A DNA stretch of 64,000 nt from the NCBI GenBank assembly GCA_951406725.2, contig OX597824.1:10974001-11038000 (forward strand), in the 5' to 3' direction. A program made the translations under genes and the position numbers. The DNA is from Octopus vulgaris (taxonomy: Eukaryota). Under the pieces are notes generated by a model, which was not told the origin of the DNA, did no database searches, and worked only from the letters and a program-made list of their open reading frames with translations. Shown here piece by piece: positions 25,104 to 37,780 of the stretch; positions within the stretch are counted from its first letter, which is position 1; the number at the start of each line of letters is the position of its first letter.

Positions 25104-26026
25104 AACCACTTCAATCCATGTCTTTCTTGGTCTCCTACTGCCACAGATTCTATTCACTTTTTTTTTTATACAACTAGCATCTTTCACAAGCATCATCTAA
25201 ACACATCACCAGCATAATTTTCTTTCCTTCACACTACATCTCATTCATCTTATATCCAGTTTTTCTCTCAGCTCATTCATGTCCCATCATTCATGCACAC
25301 TAGCATTACACACCCGATGGAGCATACTTTACCTCATTTCTTTCTAGTCTTTGCACATCTTCTACATTCAAGATCCACACTCTGCTATCATGTAGCAACA
25401 CACTTCATACAATCTGCCCTTCACAGGCAGAGAAAAACACTTTGATACAAGCAGAAATAATAGCGACTTGGAACTTTTTCTATCCCATTCTTATTCTGAC
25501 AATTATGCTTTTGAAACACTTCTTCACTGTCCAGAGAGATAGATGGAAGCAGTATTATGTACATAGTTAGAATCTTGTAGAAGCAGTCTGATACCATGGT
25601 GTTTGCTGCCAAGGGAACACACCCTAGTCAGCTTTACAAAAACTGGTTTTGAGAGGGGAGGACTGTCACAAGGTGAGGAATACACATGGATATTTTCAGA
25701 CAAGGGAAAAAAATTATTTAATAGTTTCATAAAAACATGTTAGGAGGTGAGTTGTTGTTTTGTTTTTAATTAATAAAATAAATTACATGTCACACATCAT
25801 AAGCAAGTAGTTAATTGATGCTAATTATTCCCAGGGCTGAAGTAAATACAGCAGCTCAAGGTAAGTCATTTTTGAGAATGTATATGATGTCCTTCATGAA
25901 ACCAGAAATTTTTTTAAGTGAATACAGAGAAGAGAAAGATACAGAGAATGAGAGCGGCAGATAGAAATCTTTTCTGACCTCGGAAACAAACATAAGGAAA
26001 AGCATTATACACAGAGAGTTAATAAT

Positions 26027-26330
26027 GATTGTTCCTTCTCAAGCTATGCCTGGGCTCAAATGGGCCGGTTTCCCAGTTTCCTTGGCGTATAGGTTCCCCA
26101 CCTAGATGGGACGCTGGTCTGTCACAGTTGAGCTGCAACATGCAGGAGGAAAGAGTGAGAGAAAGTTGTGGTGAAAGAGTAAGCAGAAGTTTCGCCGTTA
26201 CCTTCTGCTGGAGCCACGTGGAGCTTAGGCGTTTCGCTCATATGCACACACATCGCCCAGTCTGAGATTTGAACCCGCGATCCTTCGACCGCGAGTTTGC
26301 TGCTCTAACCACTAGGCCATGTGCTTCCAC
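26027..26330 (-). mobile_element. SINE family G (tRNA-Arg-like head)
   Basis: Head and ctttctctcactctt body shared with 40683-40970 and 52670-52977; TSD-like agagttaataat. Confidence 0.8.
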
Positions 26331-26702
26331 AGAGTTAATAATAACAGCAATTAAAACAGATTTTACATTACTGTTACTCTGAGTTTCACATAGCCACTTA
26401 CCACAAAACTCAAAGTAACAAGACAAATCTCAGTTTTTAACTGCTGTAATTATAAGAAAGACTAATAAAATAAGGGCAAGACTGCACTACATAAGATTGG
26501 AGTCTTTAAGTTAAACTAAATACTTAAAGGTGGCAACCCCAGCATGGCCAGAATGCAGTAATTGAAACCAATAAAGGAATAAAAACGAGGAGAGGGGGAG
26601 ACAGACAGACAGACGTTGCAGTTGCAAAAATTATTCATTGACATTTTTGTTGTAAACAATTTTGACAGCTTAGAATAAAAAACTATGATATAACAATTGA
26701 TA

Positions 26703-26854
26703 TAGGCACAAGTGTGGTAAGAAGCTGGTTTCCCAACCACATGGTTTCAGGTTCAATTCCACATCACATCTTAAGCAAGTGTCTTCTACTAGAGTCCCAG
26801 AGCAATCAAAGACTTATGAGTAGACTTGGAAGATGGAAACTGAAAAGAAGCGCA

Positions 26855-26885
<31 letters not shown>

Positions 26886-27275
26886 TGTCTGAGCATGTGT
26901 GTGAGTGTGTGTATCTGAGCATGTGTGTGAGTGTGTGTGTCTGAGCATGCATGTGAGTGTCTGAGCATGTGTGTGAGTGTCTGAGCATGTGTGTGAGTGT
27001 CTGAGCATGTGTGTGAGTGTCTGAGAATGTGTGTGGGTGTGTGTATGTGTGTGTCTGAGCATGTGTGTGTCTGAGCATGTGTGTGTCTGAGCATGTGTGT
27101 GTCTGAGCATGTGTGTGTCTGAGCATGTGTGTGTCTGAGCATGTGTGTGTGTCTGAGCATGTGTGTGTGTCTGAGCATGTGTGTGTGTCTGAGCATGTGT
27201 GTGTGTGTCTGAGCATGTGTGTGAGTGTGTGTGTGTATGTGTCTGAGCGGGTGTCAGCATGTGTGTGCCTGAGCT

Positions 27276-27306
<31 letters not shown>

Positions 27307-27520
27307 GTCTCCTTGCCTCGATTTTGTGTGATAATTGCAAACAAGTATCACCATCATCCAAGTGGTGCCCTTTGTCTCCAATCTTCTGTGAAAACATGTT
27401 AGGTTATGGGGGGGGGGGGGGGAAACAAGTGAGGACTGGTGATAAGAAGGGCAAATTCTGTCCAACCCATGCAAGCATGGAAAAGTGGATGTTAAGACAG
27501 TGGCAACAATGATGATGATG
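26703..27520 (+). mobile_element. Older SINE with family A head, internal CTGAGCAT(GT)n minisatellite (26880-27280) and RTE-type tail
   Basis: A-type head to gaaactgaaaagaag, tandem 16-20-bp units, then aacccatgcaagcatggaaaagtggatgttaa(tga)n tail. Confidence 0.8.
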
Positions 27521-27684
27521 ATGTTATAACAGATATTGTAAATACACAAATGCTAATGATTATAACGAACACTGCTTGTTGAATAGAGAGAGAAGAAGGC
27601 TAAATGAGTGCCTCACAGCTGCTATTTCTACAACCTACATTCTGAGATTAAATTCTGACAGAACTTTGTTTTTCCTTTCATTAA

Positions 27685-27904
27685 CCCTTTCATTACCAAC
27701 CCGGCTGAAACTGGCTCTGGCTCTGAGTACAAATATCTTGTTTCCATAAGTTTTGAACTAGAATCTTCCACCAAACCTTAGTCACAATTTATGTTCCTAA
27801 CACTGGCTTAATGATAACTAAGTTATTTTACTAAATTCTTTGTTATATTTAAAGTAATTGAAAAAAACACAGAACATCTCAAAATAAATACAGTAACAAA
27901 CGGG
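27685..27904. mobile_element. piggyBac-type MITE family D (reverse orientation)
   Basis: TTAA flanks 27681-27684 and 27905-27908. Confidence 0.88.
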
Positions 27905-29822
27905 TTAAGGCCAATAAAAGGAGGAGCAGCTGTTGATATTTAGCCAATATCAACCCTAATCCAAAAGACCCTGTGATCATTGTTGTTCTAGCTATGCCCA
28001 CCCTGTCATGATTAGGGCTACATTATCTAACTTAGGTCAGTAGGATGTGAGCTAAGGAAGATCTGATTGTTATTTCTAGCAGAGAAAGCAGCAACCTAGA
28101 AGCCCCTTCATTAAATAATATTGCTATTGTTTAGTTTTAGGTCAACAGAACTATTTCATCTGATATAAGACAATAGAGTACCATTGGAGAGAATTTAGGC
28201 TACTATTTCTAGTAGGTTGCGTGATTACACAGAAGCCCCCTTGTTGAGTGTGGTTGAATCCATCAACAATATCTTTCCTACCAAATTGGCTTGGTGCCTT
28301 GTCAAACAAAATTGATGTATTTCTTTCCCATCGGGGAGGAGGGGGTCATGTTACAAAGATAAAATGAAGATATACAAGTGATCTGGCAGGTGATATAAAA
28401 GAAAAACAGTCTAGGTAAATGTAAATCGCAGACAAGAGATATTGAGGTTCTTGGCACCATAGTGCAAAGTCTCTAGATGGTAAAATAAGCCTGAAACGGT
28501 AGAACTATAAACATCAACATCCAATGAATTACAGAAACAAACATTTCTGTTTGAGCTTGAGGTTGAAGTTCAGAATTGTTAAACTTGTTAAATGTCTAGG
28601 TCAGTGGCACTGATCCATGGTTTAATGGTCAGTTGCCTGCTCCGAGAAGGATGGGAGTAACGATAATTACTTCATTTAATAGAATATTGTACTATCAATG
28701 TTTAATTTTTAAATATTATTAATAATAATAATGATGCAATTCAACCAAGGTTGACTTTGCCTTTCATCCTTTCAGAGTTGATAAAATAAGTACCAGTTAA
28801 GCACTGGGGTCAATGTAATAGACTAGCCAGCCCCCCTCCCTCAAAATTTCAGGCCTAGTGCCTATAGTAGAAAGGATTATTATTAATGATAATGCTCTTT
28901 TAGTCAGCTTCTAAAAGGGATATTCCTTAACATTTATCTACTAATATGTACGTTCTATACAGTGACTATTAAACGGCTTCCAGAAATCTGTGTTTGTGAT
29001 GCAGTTTCAATTCCTATCTCAGCCATTTCATCTAACCCCATCCCAGACAAATTATATTCCAGAAAGCATTTCATTTTGAATCGATTTATAATTTTTTTTT
29101 TGTTACCTGAAAGCTTTTTGTTTTCATTCCTGAAAACATTCTTCTACTAAATATTTTAAGATTTCTTTTTAAAATAAATATATGAAACACGATAGAAACC
29201 CATTCAGGCAATCAAATGTTCTTTTTGTTTTTTAAACACACTCTTTATGATTATAATTATAAAAAAGGAATAAAAACAATAAAGATAAACATAATTTATT
29301 CGCAAGAAACAGGCATCATTTATATAGTATGGTAATTTTGGAAACATAGCGTTGTTACAGATAGTAAAACATAGATTGGGCACATAAATTGTTTCTTTAC
29401 AATTTTTTTTTTTACCACAACCATGAGGAAGAATATCCAACCAATGAAACAATGCCAAAACTGACACTAGAATTTACTGCAGCCCTGTGGCTTGCCAGAT
29501 CTTGATCCAACAAGCACACATCTCTTCTCTTTACATTTTAGGGCTAAAATCTTTCCTCTCCAAAAGGCACAAATTTCACCCCTCTTCAGTTTTTCTTCCT
29601 TGAGTCATTCAGTTATTTCCATCCCATCTTGGATATAGTGTCACACACTTCAGTAAAATACTGGACAAGTATAATCAGCTAGTTATGGACTGGTATAAAA
29701 GCCATCAATACTTAAGCAGCAGCCTTGTTGTAGCAAAGGTTGCATGTGTCATAACTATGTGTGAGGACACTGGAAGATCACTAAATTCCTTATCAAGCTT
29801 CTTCAGTCCATTTTATAAAATA

Positions 29823-30160
29823 CTAGCACTATGACCCTGCAACGACGGGTCATAGTGCTAGTGCATGCATATACAGCTGCGTGCGTGCGCACATACACGC
29901 GAGTACTGTCCAAATCTCCGACCAATCACATACAGCTAGCTGGCATTCAATTGGCGTATCAAGTTTCGGGCATTTTGATTGGGTTCTGGATAGAAATTTC
30001 ACCAAAAATCACTTCTATTTTTAATGGGGTGACTGGGGAAATGTAAAAATGTGCACGACCACCCTTGGACGGTTTTGAATGACCATAGAAAGTCAAGCCC
30101 TCTAATTGAAAAATTAAGGACACACACGCAGACATTTTGCCATTTATATATATATAGAGA
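29823..30160 (-). mobile_element. Non-autonomous Helitron
   Basis: Minus strand A|TC 5' end (TCTCTATATATA), subterminal hairpin and CTAG|T 3' end. Confidence 0.8.
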
Positions 30161-30879
30161 TGTTTTGAGTTACCTCATGCCTTTTCTCAAAAAATAACAT
30201 TATCAAAATTCAAGATATCACAGGATAACCCAGGGAGGGAGTAACTAGTTTCCCATACCTTATTCTCTTACCATGTCCTTTTCCCCTTTAATAAAATATA
30301 GCAAATGTGAAACTTAAGACCCAGTCTTCAGCAATGCTACACTGCTTCACTTTATGTTTCACTCTTTATTTATCAATAACATATCAAAATATAGACATCC
30401 GTTTTAAAGTTTGTTATTGGAAGGTAACATGTAAGCAAAAGATCAGATATCATTGAGTATCGTATCTGATTATATCATCACTCAAGAACATAATATCCTT
30501 AAAGATATAATCACATTGTTGAAAGTAAGAAAATGATAGTATTTTTCACAATTCAAACATTGTTTTGACAAACCAATATTCCATCATCGAGACGCAAGGT
30601 GAGATGCAAGGTGAGGCGCAAGGTGAGACGATGCACCTTTTAACACTAACCACAGATAGTGTTTATATGATCAACTGACTGCAGGACCGATCCCAGTGTA
30701 ATGAGAGCGATAAACTGTAACCTCTGTTACAACTGGTAAAGATATAATATTAAGTTTAAGCTAGATAAGTTATAGGCATTGAACTAAAATGTAACGAGGA
30801 AAATAAAGAAGAAAATTGCTCAAGAAACTGTACAACCAATATACTGTACAGTGAAAAACTCTCCTCTTCATTAGCACAC

Positions 30880-31290
30880 ATGCCCAAACTTCAGACTCTC
30901 TAAACAAATTTTCTTTGGTGAACTAGCTGTTGGTTCTTGACCATATAGCGGATCAAAGAGGAGATACAAAGACACTCTCAAGACAACCTTGGAAAAATGT
31001 AACTTAGAATAGTCTACTTGGCAATATCTAGCTCAAGGTTGCTTACTGAGGTGTAGTGCTGTGTACTCTGGCATACAACCCTCCAGAATCAAAAATGATC
31101 AGAGAAACTCAAAAGGAGTCAGGGTCTACAGAGAATGTAGGAGTCTCACTAAGTCCTAGTTCAGCAACTACATAGCCCCACAGTAACTGTGGATTTTATG
31201 CCAATATTGGCCAAATAAACCACCTCAAGACCCACAAAGAGTAAAGCTGCTAATCTTGTTGTCTTCAGAGGCATGAAGGACAAACATCAT
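30880..31290 (+). mobile_element. Degenerate RTE-BovB-like LINE 3' end
   Basis: SKQIFFGELAVGS*PYSGSKRRYKDTLKTTL and a terminal ..IGQINHLKTHK remnant. Confidence 0.65.
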
Positions 31291-31588
31291 AGCAAACCAG
31301 TAGAATTCAGAAAACTAATAATAGTCTGAATCAGCTAATACTAAGTATAAAAAGTTTGCAAAGTGGAATAAATTACTTTCCCAAAAGGATGTTTTTAAAC
31401 ATTTTGTCATCTTCTGACAAAGAATTCTACCTAAAATGTTAGCCTTCTGTTTCTCATAGCAAAATAATTTATTCCACTTGGTTGTGGCTACAGAATCAAG
31501 ACAGGAAGCAGTAAGCTAGTCTTGGAATTCTCATGTTTAGTACCAATGCATATGTAGCAAAAAGACACTGGTGATCAATTTTCCAAAG

Positions 31589-32152
31589 CAGGGGTCGGGG
31601 AACTTTTTTTTAATCAATTACCCCAAAATATATTTATTTACACTAATGTTACCTGCTTAATTTGAAAGGAAGAAAATCATATTCTTTGAATTCAAAAGGT
31701 TTATTGAATCTATTTATATGAAGAATACAATTATAAATATTAAAAGTATAAAACAAATATGATAAAATAAATTAATGTCCTCATTATGAAACAAAAGGAT
31801 TTTTCTAGAAACTTTTTCACTTCAGGATTTGGAGAAATGTTTCATTGTTGTTACAATTACATCAAAATTGGGGACTTTTGATGCCAGAGCAATTTAGATA
31901 CAGTCTTAAGGGTCCAATTGATTACTTGTTTTGTTTTTATGTTCATTACAGTGGAAAATCCTTGTTTGCCAAGGTAGGTTGTTGCAAGAGGCAGCAACTT
32001 TTCGACTGCTTCTTCATACTAAAAGAAAAATTTGTCATAACAAGAAACATGTTTTTTTATATAATTTTACTTATGGCTAATGAGTCCTAATTACCCCAAA
32101 AATTTCATTTCTACCCCGCTTGGGGTAATTTACCCCAGTTCACCAACCCCCG
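31589..32152. mobile_element. hAT (Charlie-like) non-autonomous DNA transposon
   Basis: TIRs CAGGGGTCGGGGAAC / GTTCACCAACCCCCG; 8-bp TSD ttccaaag/ttctaaaa. Confidence 0.75.
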
Positions 32153-32844
32153 TTCTAAAAGGTTTGCTATTATTTCTAAGTCAGAACATACATTAGTTGA
32201 TTAAGTCTACAGTGACCAATATGAATTTCTGCAGTTAAAGTTACGTTCATCTGATATTCATCTTGAATATCTTCATATCTCATCTGTGATTGGCAAGAAA
32301 TAGCAACCAAGACTAAAAATAACAACCAAATCTCCTTGAGATTACACCTTACTATCTTAAAAGTAAGAAGGACACATTGGATAATGTAGTCCTTGATATA
32401 TAAAAAGACAGAATGGTGCCAAGGTGGAATGTCTTTGATCATAGCTCTGCTTGATTATGGCAGATTTGGAATTAAAGCTTACCAAATTTTGTAGAAAAGC
32501 TTACAGGGATTTCTAATTCAGTCCATCAGCATGATATGGCAAACAAAGATGCTCACACATGAAATGGCAACGTTTATGCATTTCACAACATCATCATTGT
32601 CAATTAACATCCATTTTCCATGCTAGTATGGGTTGGACAGTTTGTCAAGAGCTGGCAAGACAGAGGATTGTACCAAGCCCTAGTGTCTGTTTTGGTTTTT
32701 GGCATGGTTTCTATGGCTACATTCCTTTCCTAATGCCAACCACTTTACAGAGTATACTGGGTGCTCTTTTGATGACTCCAGCACTGGCGGGGTAACCAAG
32801 TAATTTACAAGACAAAGCCCTCTCAACTGGGGGAGTAGTGGTCC

Positions 32845-33240
32845 TTATATGCCATCATTAAATAGGAGAATGCGCGGGCTAAGACTATGCGCCTTCACTA
32901 GTCAGTTAAGGTGAGACAGTGTCATGTGACGACTTGCTGGAGTTGCCTGTTGGAGCCTAGCGGCAAGTATTTAAAGGGAAAAATTTGACAAGTCAGTTAG
33001 TCACTGGCTGACGCTACATCAAAGAGGCCAGGAAACAGAAGAAAGAAGAATAAAGAAGACATGCATCCAACACCAGAGCTGAAGACACCTCCAAAAAGGG
33101 GGGCCGCCACATCAAAACGGTAGAGGAGTAGGGGCCGAAACCGGACGTGGTTCCTCCTGATGATGTCTTGAGCTAACTAGATCCTATAAAGGAGCTGTTG
33201 TGGTAGCAGACCACGAAACATGGTTGTAATTCCTCCTCAT
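32845..33240 (+). mobile_element. Probable Penelope-like element 3' end / pseudo-LTR remnant
   Basis: PSLNR peptide (GIY-YIG C-terminus-like), gtcatgtgac, and two degenerate CTGANGA...GAAAC hammerhead-like motifs. Confidence 0.45.
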
Positions 33241-33900
33241 AACTGTTTCAGTTCTATACAACTGAATTCAAGATCCTCTAATTAGTCACTTGAATTGCTA
33301 GAAATAACACTCAAATTCCCCCTCAAACCAGACCCTACCATCTCAAAAAGAGCATATTTGATAATATAGTTTTAGCTACACTAAATCTAAATAAAAGGCA
33401 AAACTGTCACGAATAAAAAATTTAATCATAGGTCTGCTTAATCAAGCCTGACAAGTCTAAACAGCAACAATCAATGTCAAGTCCCTTAACAACCAGCATC
33501 AGCAATTAAAAAAAAGGTTAATCAGAGTGACAGTATCTCCTCCGTTATGTTTTTTTTTATGAATGTACAAAAGAAAATGTTAGCAATTTTTCAGCAGCTT
33601 GAGATATTTGCATCAATCTTTGGTTCTTGTACTCTTCCTCCATCTACCCTAAATACTTTTTTTTTTTTTTTTTTTGCAGTAATTACTTGAAAATTAAAAA
33701 GAAATTTGCTTATTTTTGCAGTTAAGGCCCTGAAATAATTTTGAAGAACAACAATTAATTGTGACTAGATCACTACTATATAGCCAGCTACTGTTTGTTT
33801 GCATCTATTCTTTGAAACAACAGTAAGAGTCTATCCTCACTCCTAACTTCCTTCCTCCTTATCACCTACACTCATGTAATGACTAAACTATCATGTTTAA

Positions 33901-34121
33901 CCCTTTAGGGTTCAGATTACTCGGTTAAATGTAATACTTTTTCACTCAAATTGTTTTGAATTAATCATGCATTATCTTATAGCTTTGAGGTTTCAATGAT
34001 GTGATTGCTTAGTTTTAGAATATCAATGTAGGTTAGGTGTGAGGGGCTAGATATGGCCAGTTTGAATATAAAACATGTAGAATATATTGGGCCAGATATG
34101 GCCGGTTTAAACACTAGAGGG
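33901..34121. mobile_element. piggyBac-type MITE family E (reverse orientation)
   Basis: TTAA|CCCTTTAG...CTAGAGGG|TTAA. Confidence 0.87.
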
Positions 34122-34338
34122 TTAAATATATAAATGACATAATCTAACCTGATATCAGTTGGGATCTAGTTAAATTAATTCACAAAATCAGCCCCCTTTA
34201 ATTTTGCTCAGATTGCTTTCCAAGTTTGGTGTATCAATGCAACTCTGAATTTTGATTACGATCAACCAATTACTTTATCTCGTAAATTAAGAATCTGATA
34301 TTATTTGGAATTAAAGTTGGGAAAATTTGGGTAATTTT

Positions 34339-34386
34339 AGCCAATCAACAGACAGCGAGGCATTACCAGCTTGTTACCATGACAAC
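34339..34386. promoter_or_regulatory. Candidate NF-Y CCAAT box + RFX X-box module
   Basis: AGCCAATCA at 34339-34347 and GTTACCATGACAAC at 34373-34386; motif match only. Confidence 0.4.
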
Positions 34387-35615
34387 TGCACATTGTGTTG
34401 TGTTGATTCTTCACACCACAAAATTTACTTCACCTGCATGTTTTGCTTTAACAAAAATTTATATTCATCAATTAGAATTTTATTGTAGGTATTTTTCATC
34501 AATTGTCTTTATATTTTACATATATTTCAAGAAGTTATTCTATGTTCACATTCATTGCAATGAATGCCTGTCAGTTTAAACTCAGGTCAGGCCAGAATGA
34601 ACCATTCTGTGTTTTTATTGAAGATCTAGGACAACATTATTTAATGTCCTTCGTTTTTAAAATGTTAGAGCATAGTGTGAGGGAAATCTGGCTGTTATTT
34701 CTAGCAAATTGAACAACCACACAGATTACCTCATTGATTCATTTGCTGATGTGTATAAGTAAGCAAAAACTAAAGGAAATGGATGTTCATCTGTTTGTAG
34801 GATGATCATTCAAGTTGTATGATCAACTGATCTGGTTACACATTCAAATGGTACTTATTTTACCGACCCTCAAAGAATGAAAGGCAAAGTCAACCTTGGT
34901 GGAATTTGAACTCAGAATGTAAAGCATTTTGCCCAGATGTGGGTGGGAGAAGGGATGGACATTAGAGGGATGATGAGAAGAGATGTCCTCCACAGCAAAA
35001 TGCTTTACATTCTGAGTTCAAATTCTCCCTAGGTTGACTTTGCCTTTCATTCTTTGAGGGTCGATAAAATAAGTACCATTTGACTGAGTAACCAGAACAG
35101 TTGATCATACAACTTGAATGATCATCCTACAAACAGATGAAGATCCATTTCTTTTAGTTTTTGTTTACTTATACACATCAGTAAATGAGCCAATGAGGTA
35201 ATCCCTGTGTGGTTGTTTAATTTGCTAAAAATAACAGCCAAATCTCCCTCACACTGTGCTCTAACATTTTTAAAATGAAGGACACATTGAATAATGTTGT
35301 CCTAGATCTTCAATAACAATACAGAATGGCTCATTCTGGCCTGGGTTTTAAACTGACAGGCATTCATTGCAGCAAATGTAAACATAGAAAAACTTCATGA
35401 AATATATGTAAAATATGTATGAAAAATATATGAAAAATTTGTAAAAATAAAAAATGACTACAATAAAATTCTAATTGATAAATATAAATTTTTATTAAAA
35501 CAAAACATGCAGGTGAAGCGAATCTTGTGGTGTGAAGAATCAACACAACACAACATGCAGGTGAAGTGAAACACAACACAATGTGCAGTTGTCATGGTAA
35601 CAAGCTGTTAACGCC

Positions 35616-35616
<1 letters not shown>
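34358..35616. repeat. Long inverted duplication (arms about 34358-34932 and 34995-35616, 62-bp spacer)
   Basis: Arms are reverse complements along their whole length with scattered substitutions and small indels. Confidence 0.95.
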
Positions 35617-35712
<96 letters not shown>

Positions 35713-35723
35713 TGTCTGTGTGT

Positions 35724-35771
<48 letters not shown>

Positions 35772-35962
35772 TTGTCCCCACAACATCGCTGGTGTGTTTA
35801 CGTCCCCGTAACTTAGCAGTTCGGCAAAAGACCGATAGAATAAGTACTAGGCTTACAAAGAATAAGTCCTGGGGTTGGTTTGCTCGACTAAAGGCGGTGC
35901 TCCAGCATGGCCGCAGCCACGTGACTGAAACAAGTAAAAGAGTAAAGAGAGTAAAAGAGAGT
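35617..35962 (+). mobile_element. (TG)n tract plus 3' half of SINE family A (head missing)
   Basis: Body and tail match family A and directly abut the right arm of the inverted duplication. Confidence 0.85.
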
Positions 35963-36483
35963 ACCACACTCTACATCAGCTCTAAGTACCAGTTTGAAAT
36001 ACATGGAACAGATCAAAAGTTAACCTCCATAGATTTTTTTTATTTGCTTATTTTCGGAGAAAACTCCTCTTACGTCAGTAATAGACAGTTAAATGACATT
36101 ACTAAATTGAGTGACAATGTCCCCTTCACACACACACACACACTTTGACAGTTCAAAGTGCACAGGTGCAGCAAACAATGGAGATTTTAAGTGCAAAACA
36201 AATGAGGGCATTTTACCTAATGAAACGAGCCTTTTTTTTTTTTTTTTTTTTTTTTAAAGAAATGAAAAGTTAATGTATATAACAAACATGAGCAACTTAT
36301 GTAAAAGTAGATCACCTTGGAAACTAGAACTAAAACGAAATCAGAGAAATACGGTTCTTTATGTAGGAATTATACAAGTTTGAGGTCATTTACAGCAGAC
36401 CTGTACTGCAACTTGTATGGTATATAAGGAGTTGTGTTGAGTATTATAGAATTAGTTAATAGTTGAAGATATTTATATACGTA

Positions 36484-36848
36484 CTAGCAGTATCGCCCGG
36501 CGTTGGTCGGGTTTGTAAGGGAAATAACTATATAAGCATTTTTAGAGATGTAAAGTATAATAGCCATCTCAATATGGCTAACCACAAGGGGGGGGTGTTA
36601 CTGCAGCTTTTTACGTTCTGAGATTTAATAATACATTTTTAGAGAGTTACTTCCCTTATATAATTGCAAAAAAATGCATTAAAAATGGGAAAAATGATGG
36701 TAAATTTTTTTTTAAATCGTAGATTCATCGTAGACGCGCACTAATACCCAGAAGGGCTCGATATGAATCACGACTATAAGATAGTGGGAGTAGTTAGGAA
36801 TCTAAATCGTAGGAGACAGACACACAACTTGACTTTTATATATAAAGA
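36484..36848 (-). mobile_element. Non-autonomous Helitron
   Basis: Minus strand A|TCTTTATATATA...cccgaccaacgccggg hairpin...CTAG|T; related to 42324-42721. Confidence 0.85.
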
Positions 36849-36857
36849 TATTAGGAT

Positions 36858-37088
36858 TGGTGGTGAGCTGGCAGAAACGTTAGCATGTCGGGCAAAATGC
36901 GTAGCCATATTTCGTCTGCCATTACGTTCTGAGTTCAAATTCCGCCGAGGTCGACTTTGCCTTTCATCCTTTCGGGGTTGATAAATTAAGTACCAGTTGT
37001 GCACTGGGGTCAATATAATCGACTTAATCCGTTTGTCTGTCCTTGTTTGTCCCCTCTGTGTTTAGCCCCTTGTGAGTAGTAAAGAAAT
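36858..37088 (+). mobile_element. SINE family B, full length
   Basis: Consensus body; TSD atattagga. Confidence 0.9.
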
Positions 37089-37164
37089 ATATAAACTATA
37101 TTAGGACCAATGTTAAAGATGGAAAATGGAACTGGAGCTTATCATACCATTTACTATTAAAAAG

Positions 37165-37578
37165 TAGCAGGCATGGCTGTGTGGTTAACAAGCTTGCTTT
37201 GCAACCATGTGATTTGGGGTTCAGTCCCACTGCGCAGCACCTTGGGCAAGTGTCTTCAACTATAGCCCCAGGCTGATCAAAGCCTTTTTGAATGAATTTG
37301 ATAGACAGAAACTGTGTTAAAGCTCATTGTGTGTGTGTGTGTGAATGTGTGAGTGTGTGTGAATGTGTGAGTGTGTGTGAATGTGTGAGTGTGTGTGAAT
37401 GTGTGAGTGTGTGTGAATGTGTGAGTGTGTGTGAATGTGTGAGTGTGTGTGAATGTGTGAGTGTGTGTGAATGTGTGAGTGTGTGTGTGTGTGTGCATGC
37501 GTGTGTATGAATGTGTGCGTGTGTGTGTGTGTGAGTGTGTGTGCATGTGTGTGTATGAATGTGTGTGTGTGTGTGTGA

Positions 37579-37619
<41 letters not shown>

Positions 37620-37780
37620 TGTGTCATCACCACAGCTTGACAACTGGTATTGATTTATGTCCTCATAGCAGTTCAGGAAGAGGTCAACAAACTAAGTACT
37701 GAATATGTGTTTATTCGACTACACCCTTCAAGGTGATGCTCCAGCAGGGACATCCAATGACCAAAACAAGTAAAAGATAA
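37165..37780 (+). mobile_element. Diverged SINE family A with internal 18-bp minisatellite (gtgaatgtgtgagtgtgt)n
   Basis: Head 37165-37325, tandem array about 37340-37480, tail to 37780. Confidence 0.8.

Noticed and set aside
30588-30630. 12-bp repeat gagacgcaaggt x3.5
   Set aside because: Too short, with no supporting context.
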